From the NCBI GenBank assembly GCA_905182015.1, contig CAJIZT010000005.1, positions 4,312 to 68,311 on the forward strand: a stretch of 64,000 nucleotides of DNA, read 5' to 3'. The position numbers and the translations under genes are program-made. This stretch comes from an alpha proteobacterium MED-G09. Its GTDB lineage: Bacteria; Pseudomonadota; Alphaproteobacteria; MED-G09. Below the pieces are notes generated by a model. That model did no database searches. It was not told where the DNA came from and was given only the letters and a program-made list of their open reading frames with translations. This document shows positions 45,556-56,423 of this stretch, piece after piece; the stretch's first letter is position 1, and each line of letters starts with the position of its first letter.

Positions 45556-47280
45556 ATGTCTAATAGAAAGTTTGATAAATCAAAATTACCTAGCAGGCAC
45601 GTTAGTATTGGTCCTGAACGTGCTCCGCATCGATCTTATTATTATGCAATGGGTATGACTGAAGAGGATATTAATAAACCATTTGTTGGAGTGGTTTCAA
45701 CCTGGAATGAGGCAGCTCCATGCAATATAGCCTTAATGCGTCAGGCACAATCGGTAAAAAAAGGTGTGACAGAGGCTGGTGGAACTCCAAGAGAGTTTTG
45801 TACTATAACTGTTACAGACGGTATAGCCATGGGACATCAAGGTATGAAGTCTTCGTTGGTCTCAAGGGAGGTTATTGCTGATTCAACAGAGCTAACTGTT
45901 CGCGGACACTCCTATGATGCTTTAGTTGGGCTGGCAGGATGCGATAAATCCTTGCCTGGTTTAATGATGGCAATGTGCCGTTTAAATGTACCAAGTGTTT
46001 TTATGTATGGCGGATCAATTTTACCAGGTCGATACAAGGGTAACGATGTGACGGTGGTAGATGTATTTGAGGCGGTGGGGAAGTATGCGGCGGGAGGAGC
46101 GAGCGAAGAAGATCTTAGAGATCTTGAGCGCGTGGCCTGCCCAAGTGCTGGCGCTTGTGGAGGACAGTTTACAGCTAATACAATGGCTTGTGTTTCGGAG
46201 GTAATGGGATTAGCCCTACCTTACTCATCCGGCGCGCCAGCGCCCTATGAAGAGCGTGATAGGTATGCTTATGAATCTGGTAAGCAGATAATGGATTTAA
46301 TTGAGAGAAATATTAGGCCAAGAGATATCGTAACTAGGAAATCACTTGAAAATGCCGCAACTATAGTTGCTGCGACAGGAGGATCAACAAATGCCGGCCT
46401 GCATCTTCCAGCAATCGCTCATGAGTGCGGCATTGAATTCACTCTTGATGATGTGGTCGAGGTATTTAAAAGAACCCCTTATATCGCCGATTTAAAACCT
46501 GGAGGTCAATACGTTGCAAAAGATGTTTATGAGGCGGGAGGGGTGCCTATAATTATTAAAACCTTGTTTGAGGGTGGCTACATACACGGTGACTGCTTAA
46601 CTGTAACCGGAAAAACATTAGAAGAAAATTTAGAATCTGTGGAATTCAATACTGAACAAAAAGTAATAAGGCCATACAATAACCCCTTAAGTCCAACCGG
46701 AGGTGTTGTTGGTTTAAAGGGGAATCTTGCCCCTGATGGAGCTATTGTAAAAGTTGCGGGAATGGAAAATACTTATTTTGAGGGTGTTGCTAGGTGTTTT
46801 GATTGTGAGGAGGACGCTTTTAAATGCGTTTCAAATAAAGATTATCATGAAGGTGACGTAATAGTTGTAAGGTATGAGGGACCAAAAGGAGGTCCTGGCA
46901 TGAGAGAGATGCTATCAACTACAGCTGCGCTGTCAGGGCAAGGTATGGGCGGAAAAGTAGCCCTTATTACGGACGGAAGGTTTAGCGGGGGGACGAGAGG
47001 CTTATGTGTTGGCCATGTTGGCCCTGAAGCTGCAGTCGGAGGGCCAATAGCCCTAATTAATGACGGAGATAAAATTACCATAGATGGTGAAAATGGAGTC
47101 CTAAGTGTTAATGTGAATGAGGAAGAACTTAAAAAAAGAAAAAAAGCCTGGAAGCCCCGTGGAACTGATTACAATAGCGGCACGCTATGGAAGTATTCTC
47201 AGACAGTTGGGTCTGCTCAAAAGGGAGCTATAACACATCCCGGCGCTGAAAAAGAAACACATGTTTATGCTGATATATAG
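45556..47280 (+). CDS. ilvD: Dihydroxy-acid dehydratase
   Basis: [47 protein letters not shown]. Confidence 0.97.
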   Translation: MSNRKFDKSKLPSRHVSIGPERAPHRSYYYAMGMTEEDINKPFVGVVSTWNEAAPCNIALMRQAQSVKKGVTEAGGTPREFCTITVTDGIAMGHQGMKSSLVSREVIADSTELTVRGHSYDALVGLAGCDKSLPGLMMAMCRLNVPSVFMYGGSILPGRYKGNDVTVVDVFEAVGKYAAGGASEEDLRDLERVACPSAGACGGQFTANTMACVSEVMGLALPYSSGAPAPYEERDRYAYESGKQIMDLIERNIRPRDIVTRKSLENAATIVAATGGSTNAGLHLPAIAHECGIEFTLDDVVEVFKRTPYIADLKPGGQYVAKDVYEAGGVPIIIKTLFEGGYIHGDCLTVTGKTLEENLESVEFNTEQKVIRPYNNPLSPTGGVVGLKGNLAPDGAIVKVAGMENTYFEGVARCFDCEEDAFKCVSNKDYHEGDVIVVRYEGPKGGPGMREMLSTTAALSGQGMGGKVALITDGRFSGGTRGLCVGHVGPEAAVGGPIALINDGDKITIDGENGVLSVNVNEEELKKRKKAWKPRGTDYNSGTLWKYSQTVGSAQKGAITHPGAEKETHVYADI

Positions 47281-47286
47281 AAGTAT

Positions 47287-48063
47287 TTAAATTAATTCAA
47301 TAATAACAGGAACATGGTCTGAAGGCTTTTCTTTGTCTCTAACATCTTTATCAATGAAGACACCTTTCATTTTATCGTTAGCCAATGGTGATGTCAGAAT
47401 ATGATCAATTCTAATACCATGATTTTTTTGCCATGCACCCCTTTGGTAGTCCCAAAAAGTATAATTCCCTTCTTCACTGTTGAATTGTCGAAATGAATCC
47501 GTAAACCCAAGGGAAAGGATTTCTCTGTAGGCTTTTTTTGTTTCTAATTTAAACAAAGCATCATCTTTCCATGCTTCGGGGTTGTGAACATCTAGTTCGC
47601 TAGGAATAACATTAAAATCGCCTAAAACAATAAATATTTCTTCATTCATTAGCGTCTCCGATAGGTGACGTTTCAAATTGTTCATCCACTCTAATTTATA
47701 GTCATACTTTATTCCAGGAACTGGATTTCCATTAGGAAGATATATATTTGATAGCCTTATCATTCCAACATCTGTTGAGTGAACTGTCTCGATATACCTA
47801 GCTTGATCATCATTATATCCGGGGATTCCGTTAATGGTTTCTTCAATAAGAAATTTCGATAGAACGGCGACGCCATTATAGCTTTTTTGACCATGAACCT
47901 TAACATTGTATCCCATTTCCTCAAAAGGACTAACTGGGAAGTCTTTATCTACAACTTTTGTTTCCTGAATACATAAAATATCTGGATTTTCATGCTTCAA
48001 CCAATCTAAAATATTATTAATTCTAGATCTTACAGAGTTTACATTCCAAGTTGCAATTTTCAC
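47287..48063 (-). CDS. xth: Exodeoxyribonuclease III
   Basis: KIATWNVNS, QETK, YNGVA, GDFN, RIDHIL, SDHVPV; start placed at GTG 48063. Confidence 0.95.
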   Translation of the reverse strand: MKIATWNVNSVRSRINNILDWLKHENPDILCIQETKVVDKDFPVSPFEEMGYNVKVHGQKSYNGVAVLSKFLIEETINGIPGYNDDQARYIETVHSTDVGMIRLSNIYLPNGNPVPGIKYDYKLEWMNNLKRHLSETLMNEEIFIVLGDFNVIPSELDVHNPEAWKDDALFKLETKKAYREILSLGFTDSFRQFNSEEGNYTFWDYQRGAWQKNHGIRIDHILTSPLANDKMKGVFIDKDVRDKEKPSDHVPVIIELI

Positions 48064-48068
48064 GATAG

Positions 48069-48404
48069 TTACATTGAAAAAGATGTACCACAACCGCAAG
48101 AGGAGGTTGCGTTTGGATTTTTAATATCAAAAGACTGCCCAATTAGATCATCCTTATAATCAATGACTGAGCCTGCTAGGTATGGGATTGATATTTCGTC
48201 GATTAGAACCTTTGCTCCATTTTCTTCAAGCAAAAAATCACCTTCCTTTAACTCCTTAACTAGATCAAATTGATAAGAGAAACCTGCGCATCCACCACCT
48301 AAGACAGAAATCTTAAGCACGGAATTATCATCCTGTGTTGCAATTATATTGTTTATTTTTTTTGCAGCATTTTTACTGATTGATATATTGTTATTATTTT
48401 CCAT
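48069..48404 (-). CDS. erpA: Iron-sulfur cluster insertion protein, ErpA/HesB family
   Basis: GGGCAGFSY, NPNATSSCGCGTSF. Confidence 0.92.
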   Translation of the reverse strand: MENNNNISISKNAAKKINNIIATQDDNSVLKISVLGGGCAGFSYQFDLVKELKEGDFLLEENGAKVLIDEISIPYLAGSVIDYKDDLIGQSFDIKNPNATSSCGCGTSFSM

Positions 48405-48865
48405 TAATTGCCTGGTAAGCTCCCAGCCCCTAATCTTCCAAGGTTTCCAAAAAGCTGTTGAATTACGGTCAGCTCCCTTCCTCTTGTTGGAGTTTTTCTA
48501 TCAATAAATGATACAACCTTTCCATCCTCTAAGCTATAGTATTTTATATTACTAACTTTATCTTCTTCGTTAAATGTTATCGCTAATACTCTTCGGTCTG
48601 TGATCTCAGGATGATAAAACGCTATAGTTTCAGCCTTACTGAAGATATAGTACCATATTGAAGAATCAATTGCTGATGTTGTAGACGGTGATCCTAGAAG
48701 GTCAATTATATCATCGGGAGCAGTTTTATTCAGTGAAATCTTATCAAGCAAAGTATCATCAAAGACATAACCTCTGTTCTCTACAATTGGCGATACAATC
48801 GAAGAACAAGACGACAAGAGAAAACATAAAGTTATAAAAAAATATTTTTTAATTACATTATTCAT
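48404..48865 (-). CDS. bamE: Outer membrane protein assembly factor BamE
   Basis: Lipobox LSSC, RGY, LGSPS, WYY, TPTRGREL..QQLFGN. Confidence 0.9.
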   Translation of the reverse strand: MNNVIKKYFFITLCFLLSSCSSIVSPIVENRGYVFDDTLLDKISLNKTAPDDIIDLLGSPSTTSAIDSSIWYYIFSKAETIAFYHPEITDRRVLAITFNEEDKVSNIKYYSLEDGKVVSFIDRKTPTRGRELTVIQQLFGNLGRLGAGSLPGN

Positions 48866-48944
48866 AGGATAAAAGTTACACCTTGGTTAAAATAAGTTAT
48901 AGAAATGGGCTGTTCTTTAATATTTGTCAATCTTAGTGATCAAA

Positions 48945-49487
48945 ATGTTTAAAAAAATAATAAATTTTATAAATTCAAAAATTAAATCAAGTGAATATTA
49001 TTCTTCGCCTCACGCTTTGCTGTATAGAAGAATCCTTGAATCCTCATATGATAATACTTTTTATGCTAATCTGAAGGTCCCGGATACAATAGATGGCCGC
49101 TTTGATGTTATAATTCTCCATATCTTTGTTTTTATTAAAATTTTTAAAAATTCTAGTGATGTGGAGAAAAATTTTACACAGAAACTTTTTGATATTTTTA
49201 TGATTGAGGTAGAATCATCTTACCGAGAAATGGGCATTAGCGATCAATCTTTTGGAAAAAAGATGAAAATTGTTATCGAATCTTTTTACGGACGAACAAA
49301 ATTATATGATCAATACTTTGATGATGAGGAAGAGTTTTCAAGGTGCTTATTGCAAAATATTTGGGATAACGATAAAGAAAGGGACAAAGAATCTAGAAAA
49401 TTATATCATTTTGTTTGTCAAAAAGTTAATAAGTATAAAGATAAATCATTGAGGGATGTTCTAATCATCTCCTCAAGAGGATTTTAA
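48945..49487 (+). CDS. Ubiquinol-cytochrome c chaperone family protein (Cbp3-like)
   Basis: VPDTIDGRFDVIILH, REMGISD, FYGR; divergent from bamE; start uncertain (48924 or 48945). Confidence 0.85.
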   Translation: MFKKIINFINSKIKSSEYYSSPHALLYRRILESSYDNTFYANLKVPDTIDGRFDVIILHIFVFIKIFKNSSDVEKNFTQKLFDIFMIEVESSYREMGISDQSFGKKMKIVIESFYGRTKLYDQYFDDEEEFSRCLLQNIWDNDKERDKESRKLYHFVCQKVNKYKDKSLRDVLIISSRGF

Positions 49488-49513
49488 ATGTTTATTTATT
49501 CTAAGGTTCTATC

Positions 49514-50533
49514 TTGAGTTCAAATAAAGTTATATCGATTGATGCGATGGGTGGCGATGAAGGTTTATGTGTTGCCGTGGAAGGCTTATCTATTGCTTTA
49601 GACAAGAATGATAACTTTTCAGCTATACTGTTCGGAGATGAGCCTGAAATAAAGTCCGAACTTAAGAAGTACTCAAATATTAATAAAAAAGTAGAAATTG
49701 TCCATTGCGGCAAGGTTGTTCCAATGGATGCAAAACCTATTGATGCCATTAGAAGAATTGGTAAAGAATCCTCTATGTGGGGGTGTATTAAATCTGTTGG
49801 TGACGGGAATGCAAGCGTCGCCCTCTCCGCAGGTAATACGGGAGCTTTAATGGGGTTATCGACAATTATTTTAAGGACCATTGACGGAATTGAAAGGCCT
49901 GCAATTTCAAGTCTATGGCCAAATATAAATGGAAATTCCGTGGTATTAGATCTAGGGGCTAATGTTAAAGTTTCATCCAGTCAGTTAGTTCAGTTTGGAA
50001 TACTTGGATATGCTTATGCCTTGTCAATTTTAGAAAAAAGTAACCCATCTATTGGGTTGTTAAATATTGGACATGAGGAAATGAAAGGTACAGAAAATAT
50101 CCAAAAAGCTTCAGAGGGGATGAAGAGATTATTCAAAGAAAACTATATTGGCTATGTCGAGGGTGACGGCATATCTCTAGGAAAATCAGACGTTGTCGTT
50201 ACAGACGGCTTTACCGGGAATATAGCTCTAAAAACGGCCGAAGGAACCGCTAAGCTTGTTGGGCAATTTATGTCTGATATATTTAAGAAATCTTTAATGG
50301 GTCGGTTAGGGTATTTAATTGGAAGAAGTTCTTTTATGGAATTAAAAAATAAAATGGACCCAAGGGAGCTTAATGGAGGTGTATTTTTGGGTTTAAATGG
50401 CTTAGTTGTTAAGAGCCATGGAGGAACTGACTCAATTGGATTTTCTAAGGCAATTGAATTTAGCTTAAGGTTATCAGAATCCAATATGTTCGATACTATT
50501 AAAAAATTTGTAAATAAGAATGAAAAAATATGA
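49514..50533 (+). CDS. plsX: Phosphate acyltransferase PlsX
   Basis: [35 protein letters not shown]. Confidence 0.97.
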   Translation: MSSNKVISIDAMGGDEGLCVAVEGLSIALDKNDNFSAILFGDEPEIKSELKKYSNINKKVEIVHCGKVVPMDAKPIDAIRRIGKESSMWGCIKSVGDGNASVALSAGNTGALMGLSTIILRTIDGIERPAISSLWPNINGNSVVLDLGANVKVSSSQLVQFGILGYAYALSILEKSNPSIGLLNIGHEEMKGTENIQKASEGMKRLFKENYIGYVEGDGISLGKSDVVVTDGFTGNIALKTAEGTAKLVGQFMSDIFKKSLMGRLGYLIGRSSFMELKNKMDPRELNGGVFLGLNGLVVKSHGGTDSIGFSKAIEFSLRLSESNMFDTIKKFVNKNEKI

Positions 50534-51510
50534 AAAATAAAAGTAATACATTCCGATCTATTGTTCTAGGTGTTGGAACATCTTTGCCAAAAAACATTGT
50601 AACAAACAAAGACCTTACTATGAAGATGGATACATCAGAAGAGTGGATTGAAAGTAGAACCGGTATAAAAGAAAGAAGAATAGCATCTGATGGAGAGACC
50701 ACATCATCTCTTGGAACAGAAGCAGCACAAATTGCAATTAATAACTCTGGTTTAAAAAATTCTGATATTGATCTTATTATTTTAGCTACCTCAACCCCAG
50801 ACAACACATTCCCGGCATCAGCCACAGTTATTCAAGCCTCATTAGGTATAGAAAAAGGTTATGCGTATGATATGCAGGCGGTTTGTTCGGGATTTGTTTT
50901 TGCATTAGAAGCGGCAGATAACGCCATAAAAGCTGGAAATGTTAAAAATGTATTAGTAATTGGATCGGAAACTTTTAGCAGAATACTTGATTGGGATGAC
51001 CGGGGAACATGTGTTTTATTTGGAGATGGAGCTGGTGCATTAGTGCTTTCATCCTCTAAAGAAGAGACGGATAGGGGTATTCTAAGTAATCATTTACATT
51101 CAGATGGTCGCTACGGTAACCTTCTTTATGTTGATGGGGGACCGTCTACATCAAGTCAGGTTGGATTTTTAAGGATGAATGGTCATGGGGTATTTAAGCA
51201 TGCAGTAAAAAAATTATCATCTGTAATTAATGAGGCTCTTGATCATAACGAATTAACTGTAGATGAGATTGATTGGTTTGTTCCTCATCAAGCAAATATA
51301 AGAATTCTTGAGGCAGTTGCAAAAAAAGTTGGACTTCACAAGGATAAGGTAATAATTACTCTTCAGAAGCACGCTAATACTTCTGCTGCCTCCATTCCTC
51401 TTGCATTGTATGATGCTGTCGAAAGTGGTAAAATTAAGAAAGGAGATTTGGTTTTGTTAGAAGCCATGGGTGGGGGATTTAGCTGGGGTTCTACTTTAAT
51501 TAGATGGTAG
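50530..51510 (+). CDS. fabH: 3-oxoacyl-ACP synthase III
   Basis: [26 protein letters not shown]. Confidence 0.97.
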   Translation: MKNKSNTFRSIVLGVGTSLPKNIVTNKDLTMKMDTSEEWIESRTGIKERRIASDGETTSSLGTEAAQIAINNSGLKNSDIDLIILATSTPDNTFPASATVIQASLGIEKGYAYDMQAVCSGFVFALEAADNAIKAGNVKNVLVIGSETFSRILDWDDRGTCVLFGDGAGALVLSSSKEETDRGILSNHLHSDGRYGNLLYVDGGPSTSSQVGFLRMNGHGVFKHAVKKLSSVINEALDHNELTVDEIDWFVPHQANIRILEAVAKKVGLHKDKVIITLQKHANTSAASIPLALYDAVESGKIKKGDLVLLEAMGGGFSWGSTLIRW

Positions 51511-51562
51511 AAGTCCTTGATTTTTATAAAAAAAAGTTTTATATGTAAAAAGGAAAATTAAA

Positions 51563-51853
51563 ATGAGCGAAACCTTAACGAGAGCAGATTTATCTGAAGC
51601 AATTTATTCTGAAATAGGAATTTCAAAAGTTGAATCTTCTCAAATAGTAGATCAAATTTTTGAGGAAATTATTCTAGACTTAATAAATGGAAAAAGTGTA
51701 AAGCTATCCTCTTTTGGGAGCTTTTTGGTCAGACAAAAAAATGAAAGAATTGGACGAAATCCAAAAACGAAAGAAGAAGCCGTAATCGAAGCAAGAAGAG
51801 TTGTTGTGTTTAGGGCAAGTAAAGAACTTAAAAATAATATAATTAATGAATAA
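51563..51853 (+). CDS. ihfA: Integration host factor subunit alpha
   Basis: TLTRADL, VKLSSFGSF, RIGRNPKT; fabH-ihfA-merR synteny. Confidence 0.95.
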   Translation: MSETLTRADLSEAIYSEIGISKVESSQIVDQIFEEIILDLINGKSVKLSSFGSFLVRQKNERIGRNPKTKEEAVIEARRVVVFRASKELKNNIINE

Positions 51854-51863
51854 AAGTTAACAT

Positions 51864-52235
51864 ATGGCAGAAAAAAGTCCTGAAGCATATAGAACTATTG
51901 GAGAGGCTTCCAAAGAGATAGGCGTACCATCCTATGTTTTAAGATTTTGGGAAACTAAATTCAGGCAAATAAAGCTAATTAAAAGACCTGGAGGTAGAAG
52001 ATTCTATCGTCCTGAAGATATTCTCCTTCTTTTAAAGATAAAAAATTTTCTTAAGAAAGATGGATTAAGCATCAAAGAGGCAAATAATAAACTCAATAAT
52101 ATAGAAAAACTAGATCCAGTGAATTCACCAGTAAGTGCGGAGAAGGCGGGAAATTTAAAATCCAGCATTGTGAACACTAATAATAGAAATGAGCTTCTGA
52201 AAAAGCTTGAGGAAATTCTTAAAACACTATCTTGA
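51864..52235 (+). CDS. MerR family transcriptional regulator
   Basis: KSPEAYRTIGE, VLRFWETKF, GGRRFYRPED. Confidence 0.92.
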   Translation: MAEKSPEAYRTIGEASKEIGVPSYVLRFWETKFRQIKLIKRPGGRRFYRPEDILLLLKIKNFLKKDGLSIKEANNKLNNIEKLDPVNSPVSAEKAGNLKSSIVNTNNRNELLKKLEEILKTLS

Positions 52236-52351
52236 TTTAATTTTACAGATATCAAAAATTTACCTTATAGCTCTTTAAAAAATAAATTGTTTTGAAATTA
52301 AGAAGACTCGTTTAGCATTATGAAATAAATAATAAAAACAAAGGTGCTGTA

Positions 52352-52492
52352 ATGGATAGTATTATTAAAGCTGGTAAATATATTTTTGAAGGTTTGCGGT
52401 CTGAAAAAAAACAAGAAAATGATTATTTTGAAACTGAATCTCTAGGGGCAGAGTTTTCTGTTAGGCATGTTTTAAATAAAAAAAGATACTAG
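52352..52492 (+). CDS. Putative 46-aa protein (not in ORF track)
   Basis: AAGGTG SD; MDSIIKAGKYIFEGLRSEKKQENDYFETESLGAEFSVRHVLNKKRY. Confidence 0.45.
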   Translation: MDSIIKAGKYIFEGLRSEKKQENDYFETESLGAEFSVRHVLNKKRY

Positions 52493-52502
52493 ATTTAGTA
52501 TT

Positions 52503-52913
52503 TTATTTTTCTATATAACTGCATATTTTCTCTAACTCTTCAAAGCCAATTGACTCAAAAGTGGGTGTCGTAAAATTACTTTCTTTATAGCTTTCGTTTA
52601 TTAAAGTTTCACCTTCTGACATTTGATCTTTATATAATATGATTTGGGAAGCGCTTGTTCTAAACCTTTTACAATCAGTTTGTTTATATACTTTTTTTGA
52701 AGAATATCCCTCAGGCAGGGTGGGAATTTTTTGTGGTTCAAGATAATCGGTTAATACCCAGTAATAAATATACCTGTTACCAGAACTTGTTTCGCTAAGG
52801 TCTATATAATGTATAGCGTAATCTGTTTCACCAAACTTTACCCAATTCGCCAACAACGGAGTGTTTAAGTAATATAAAAATATTGCTATGGAGAATATTA
52901 TTTTTTTTAACAT
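52503..52913 (-). CDS. Secreted hypothetical protein, surface-adhesin-E-like
   Basis: Signal peptide then ANW...YID...DC...C pattern. Confidence 0.6.
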   Translation of the reverse strand: MLKKIIFSIAIFLYYLNTPLLANWVKFGETDYAIHYIDLSETSSGNRYIYYWVLTDYLEPQKIPTLPEGYSSKKVYKQTDCKRFRTSASQIILYKDQMSEGETLINESYKESNFTTPTFESIGFEELEKICSYIEK

Positions 52914-52994
52914 TATTTGATTTTAAATAATATCATTTTGAAAGTCTATTAACTCTTAATTTCTTTTTTATAGATTCTGTCATAAGGTAATAAA

Positions 52995-53453
52995 ATGTTA
53001 GAGAAGCAACCTTTTTGGAAAACTAAATCATTAAGACAAATGTCGAAAGCCGAATGGGAATCTTTGTGTGATGGTTGCGGTAAATGCTGTCTTCATAAGC
53101 TTGAGGATGTGGATACTGGGGAAATATCGGTTTCTAATGTTTCATGTGGCTATTTGGACGAGACTTCTTGTAAGTGCAAGGACTATGGAAATAGAAAAAA
53201 AAATGTTCCTAGTTGCATGCAATTAACTCCAAAAAAAGTAAAACAATTAAAGTGGCTTCCATCCACCTGCGCCTATAGATTAATCGATGAAGGAAAGAGC
53301 CTGTATGATTGGCACCATCTTATTTCTGGAAGTTCAGAAACAATTCACGAGAACGGAATGTCAGTTCGAGATTATGCTGTGAATGAGTCCGGTCTTAAAA
53401 ATGTAGAAGAATATATTCTTGAATGGTTCAATCAAAATGGTACTCTTTTTTAG
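52995..53453 (+). CDS. YcgN/UPF0260 family cysteine cluster protein
   Basis: [42 protein letters not shown]. Confidence 0.92.
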   Translation: MLEKQPFWKTKSLRQMSKAEWESLCDGCGKCCLHKLEDVDTGEISVSNVSCGYLDETSCKCKDYGNRKKNVPSCMQLTPKKVKQLKWLPSTCAYRLIDEGKSLYDWHHLISGSSETIHENGMSVRDYAVNESGLKNVEEYILEWFNQNGTLF

Positions 53454-53481
53454 ATAAAAATAATAAAAATGAGGTTATTCG

Positions 53482-54045
53482 ATGAGTAAGATAGAACCAG
53501 TTAAGGGATGGCATAAATATACTAAGTTTATGAATTCCTTTAGTGATAAAAAACATAAAAATATGCTTAATAATATGAGGCATCACTTAAAATACGAATG
53601 CTTAAAAGATCCTGAGATATTCAATACCCTTATTCCTGATCCTGAATACCGTTTTTATGGAGGCTTTAATAATGCCATTATTAACGGGATAGAGGATGTA
53701 AAGGCATTTTATTATGGCATTTGGGATTCAGATAGCAGTCTTGTAGAGCTTGATATTCATCACTGCTCTGTTGGTGATTGGGGTGTTGCGTGTGATGGTG
53801 AGTGGTACCAACAAATGCCTGGTAAGGTATTAATTGAGCAAGGAAATGAAGATATGGACCCTAATGCTTATTACCTTTCGCATGCACACCTTTCTTGGTT
53901 TTTTCCTTTTAGGGAGGTTAATGGTTTAATGCTTCTAGAGGGAGAGATTTGTTACCTAGATGAACTAGGTTCAACTTTAACTAAACTTGAAAAGTCAGAT
54001 GTTGCTTCATTAGAGGAGGTTAAAGATTCATGGTTGTCAGTATAA
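53482..54045 (+). CDS. Hypothetical protein, possibly SnoaL/NTF2-like fold
   Basis: 187 aa with GAGG SD; P.Y..YG..G...V..FY and C-terminal GE..Y patterns reminiscent of NTF2-like proteins. Confidence 0.55.
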   Translation: MSKIEPVKGWHKYTKFMNSFSDKKHKNMLNNMRHHLKYECLKDPEIFNTLIPDPEYRFYGGFNNAIINGIEDVKAFYYGIWDSDSSLVELDIHHCSVGDWGVACDGEWYQQMPGKVLIEQGNEDMDPNAYYLSHAHLSWFFPFREVNGLMLLEGEICYLDELGSTLTKLEKSDVASLEEVKDSWLSV

Positions 54046-54530
54046 AAAAAATATTATTAACTCTAATATTAACAATTTGTTTATTTGGAGGAACAATGGC
54101 GGAAGAATTAACTACAAATGATCGTTTAGATATTATTGATGTAATGAGCTCGTATGCTAAGGGAATTGATACAAAGGATTTTGATTTCTATGGAAAAATT
54201 TTCTCTGATGATGTTGAGGTAAATATTATTTATGATCCCAATTTTAGATCTGGCGGCCAAGTTACTTTAAATGGAAAGGAAGAATGGGTATCTTATGTAA
54301 AAGAGGCAGTTAGCAAGTATCAAAGTAGTCAGCACATGATGGGTAACCCATTAATAGTCTATGAAGGTGGGATTGCTAAAGTGAGAACAGATATTCAAGC
54401 TACCCATTACTACAAAGAAGGTGATAATAAAAAATCAACACTTTGGGGTCATTACAATACCCATATGAAGAAATTAAATGGTTCATGGAAGGTTGTTAAG
54501 CATACTCTGACGAGTATTGGATCAGATTAA
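54030..54530 (+). CDS. SnoaL/NTF2-like domain protein
   Basis: DR..I..V...YA.GID.KD, SQHMMGN, G.Y, W.V pattern; second start at 54096. Confidence 0.8.
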   Translation: MVVSIKKILLTLILTICLFGGTMAEELTTNDRLDIIDVMSSYAKGIDTKDFDFYGKIFSDDVEVNIIYDPNFRSGGQVTLNGKEEWVSYVKEAVSKYQSSQHMMGNPLIVYEGGIAKVRTDIQATHYYKEGDNKKSTLWGHYNTHMKKLNGSWKVVKHTLTSIGSD

Positions 54531-54647
54531 AATTCTTCGATTAATTAAATCGTTTGATAGTGCTTTGGAAAATGATGCTCTTTGGGGTAATAGTGATGAC
54601 TTGGAGCTAGATATACCTTTTTCGTTAGAGGAAATGAAGCCTAATAT

Positions 54648-54851
54648 TTAAACTGACTGACGTTTTTCAGTATTTTTAAGATACTTGTAATATATTCTTG
54701 GAATTGCCCATTTTTCAAGGGCATGTTTTTTATCTCTTCCTATTTTACTTACTTCATAAAAGAGAAAGCGCTTATTTTTAGCAATATTCCAGTCACCTCG
54801 TTTAAAATTTTTTCCTGTCTTAGGATTCGGTCTTTTTGGGTATTCTTTCAT
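54648..54851 (-). CDS. Small basic hypothetical protein
   Basis: 67 aa, NPKTGKNFKRGDW. Confidence 0.55.
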   Translation of the reverse strand: MKEYPKRPNPKTGKNFKRGDWNIAKNKRFLFYEVSKIGRDKKHALEKWAIPRIYYKYLKNTEKRQSV

Positions 54852-54908
54852 GAAGATAAAATATCCAAATGAGTCATAATGTTAAGTTAAAATTTTAAAA
54901 ATCTAAAA

Positions 54909-54998
54909 TTAGAAATTTACGTAAAGCATCATAATTGCAATTGCCGGACCAAATAGAAAAAAAAGAATTCCTAAAATCCAAGTGATATCATTTTTCAT
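54909..54998 (-). CDS. Putative 29-aa single-TM microprotein
   Basis: GGGGA upstream; MKNDITWILGILFFLFGPAIAIMMLYVNF. Confidence 0.45.
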   Translation of the reverse strand: MKNDITWILGILFFLFGPAIAIMMLYVNF

Positions 54999-55129
54999 TT
55001 CATTCCCCATTATTATTTTTACTAAGAACTTATTAAAATAACTATAACCACATTCACAAAAGAACCAATTAAATTTAAATATTAATATTAAAGGTTGTAA
55101 TCTAGCTCCAATAATCTTTTATACGAAGA

Positions 55130-55279
55130 ATGTTAAACTTTATTAAAATGATACCAAGGATGCTTTGGGTTTCTCTGAAATTTCTATCAGACGGTATTTC
55201 AAATTTTATAATTATTATTGTTTTTTTGATTTTTCTAGGATGGGCTTCCATTTCGTTAAGCATTTGGTATTTTTTTTAA
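55130..55279 (+). CDS. Putative 49-aa membrane microprotein
   Basis: MLNFIKMIPRMLWVSLKFLSDGISNFIIIIVFLIFLGWASISLSIWYFF; ends 22 nt before the next gene. Confidence 0.4.
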   Translation: MLNFIKMIPRMLWVSLKFLSDGISNFIIIIVFLIFLGWASISLSIWYFF

Positions 55280-55301
55280 TTTAAATAAAGCTGAGGTAAA
55301 T

Positions 55302-55547
55302 ATGGAAGATTTTATTAAATATGGGCAATGGGTTGTTGTGGTTATTAGTCTTTTGGGAATTACCCTCGTAAGTTCAACAAAACCTAAAACTCGATTGAGG
55401 GGTTATATAGTTACTGCGCTTGGAAGGTTAAGCGGAGCTATTTTATTTGTCTTTTTAGACTTATATGCTTTTGTTATAGTTAATCTTATTCATACATTTA
55501 TTGGGCTAAAAGGTTATTTAAAAAACAAGAAAGAAGGTATAGACTAG
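55302..55547 (+). CDS. Small multi-pass membrane protein
   Basis: 81 aa, about 3 hydrophobic helices, GAGGT SD. Confidence 0.65.
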   Translation: MEDFIKYGQWVVVVISLLGITLVSSTKPKTRLRGYIVTALGRLSGAILFVFLDLYAFVIVNLIHTFIGLKGYLKNKKEGID

Positions 55548-55562
55548 AAAGTAGTTAAATGT

Positions 55563-55639
<77 letters not shown>

Positions 55640-55700
55640 TTTAAAATGTTATAAGATAGCTACTGAAAGATTTACTTGTTTGAAAATTTAGGAAAATAAT

Positions 55701-55943
55701 ATGAAACTTATTATACTTAACTTACCCCGTAATTTTGATGAACAGTCACTAGCCCTGTTATTTAAAAAAGTTGGTAATATAAAATCTTGTACCTTAGTTA
55801 TTGATAAGGAGACTGGAATCTCAAAAGGCTTCGGTTTTGTGGAAATGGCCCTTGCTCATGATGGTGAAAGTGCAATAAAGGAGCTTCATGGTAGCAAGGT
55901 AGGCGATAAAAAAATTAGGGTTAAGCCATCAACATCTGAATAA
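55701..55943 (+). CDS. RRM-domain RNA-binding protein
   Basis: RNP2-like LIILNLP, RNP1 SKGFGFVEM, DKETG. Confidence 0.92.
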   Translation: MKLIILNLPRNFDEQSLALLFKKVGNIKSCTLVIDKETGISKGFGFVEMALAHDGESAIKELHGSKVGDKKIRVKPSTSE

Positions 55944-56078
55944 TAAAAGTTAAATAATGGCAGAAAAAGTTTAGTGTACTTTATTATCCATCGACCTCAT
56001 TTGTTTAAAAATTTATTACGTTATTGTATTCTTATCCAAGTAAAGTATTCTAGTCTTTAAATGAAACAGGAGATGATA

Positions 56079-56167
56079 GTGGCTAAAGGAATGGACAAAC
56101 AAAAAAATGAGAAAAAAAAAGGAAAATCACTTAAAGAAAAAAGAGCAGAAAAAAAAGAAAAGAAAAA

Positions 56168-56174
<7 letters not shown>
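56079..56174 (+). CDS. 31-aa Lys-rich small protein (not in ORF track)
   Basis: AGGAG SD then GTG; MAKGMDKQKNEKKKGKSLKEKRAEKKEKKNK; in-frame ATG also at 56061. Confidence 0.65.
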
Positions 56175-56224
<50 letters not shown>

Positions 56225-56423
56225 ACTATTTATATTTATTTAAATAAGCATTTTTAAGGATGCAAGAAAGATTATATTAAAAATTAATTAATTCTTTCAT
56301 TTACAATACTTTCAATTAAGTTAAAGTTTAATAAATCGTGATTTGATCCTATTGCCGCGATTTAAAATAATGAGCTAAAACGGAAATTATTCCCAGGATT
56401 CCATAGTGTTTAGGAGTTTCTTT

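Noticed and set aside
946..52255. Numerous 60-154 aa ORFs overlapping or antisense to core genes (e.g. 16772-17236, 10674-11105, 34348-34773, 49501-49881)
   Set aside because: Shadow frames of well-supported genes with no recognisable motifs
54517..54651. Possible 44-aa acidic ORF (TTG start, ...LIKSFDSALENDALWGNSDDLELDIPFSLEEMKPNI)
   Set aside because: Coding-like but no convincing SD or start; could be a gene remnant, too weak to call
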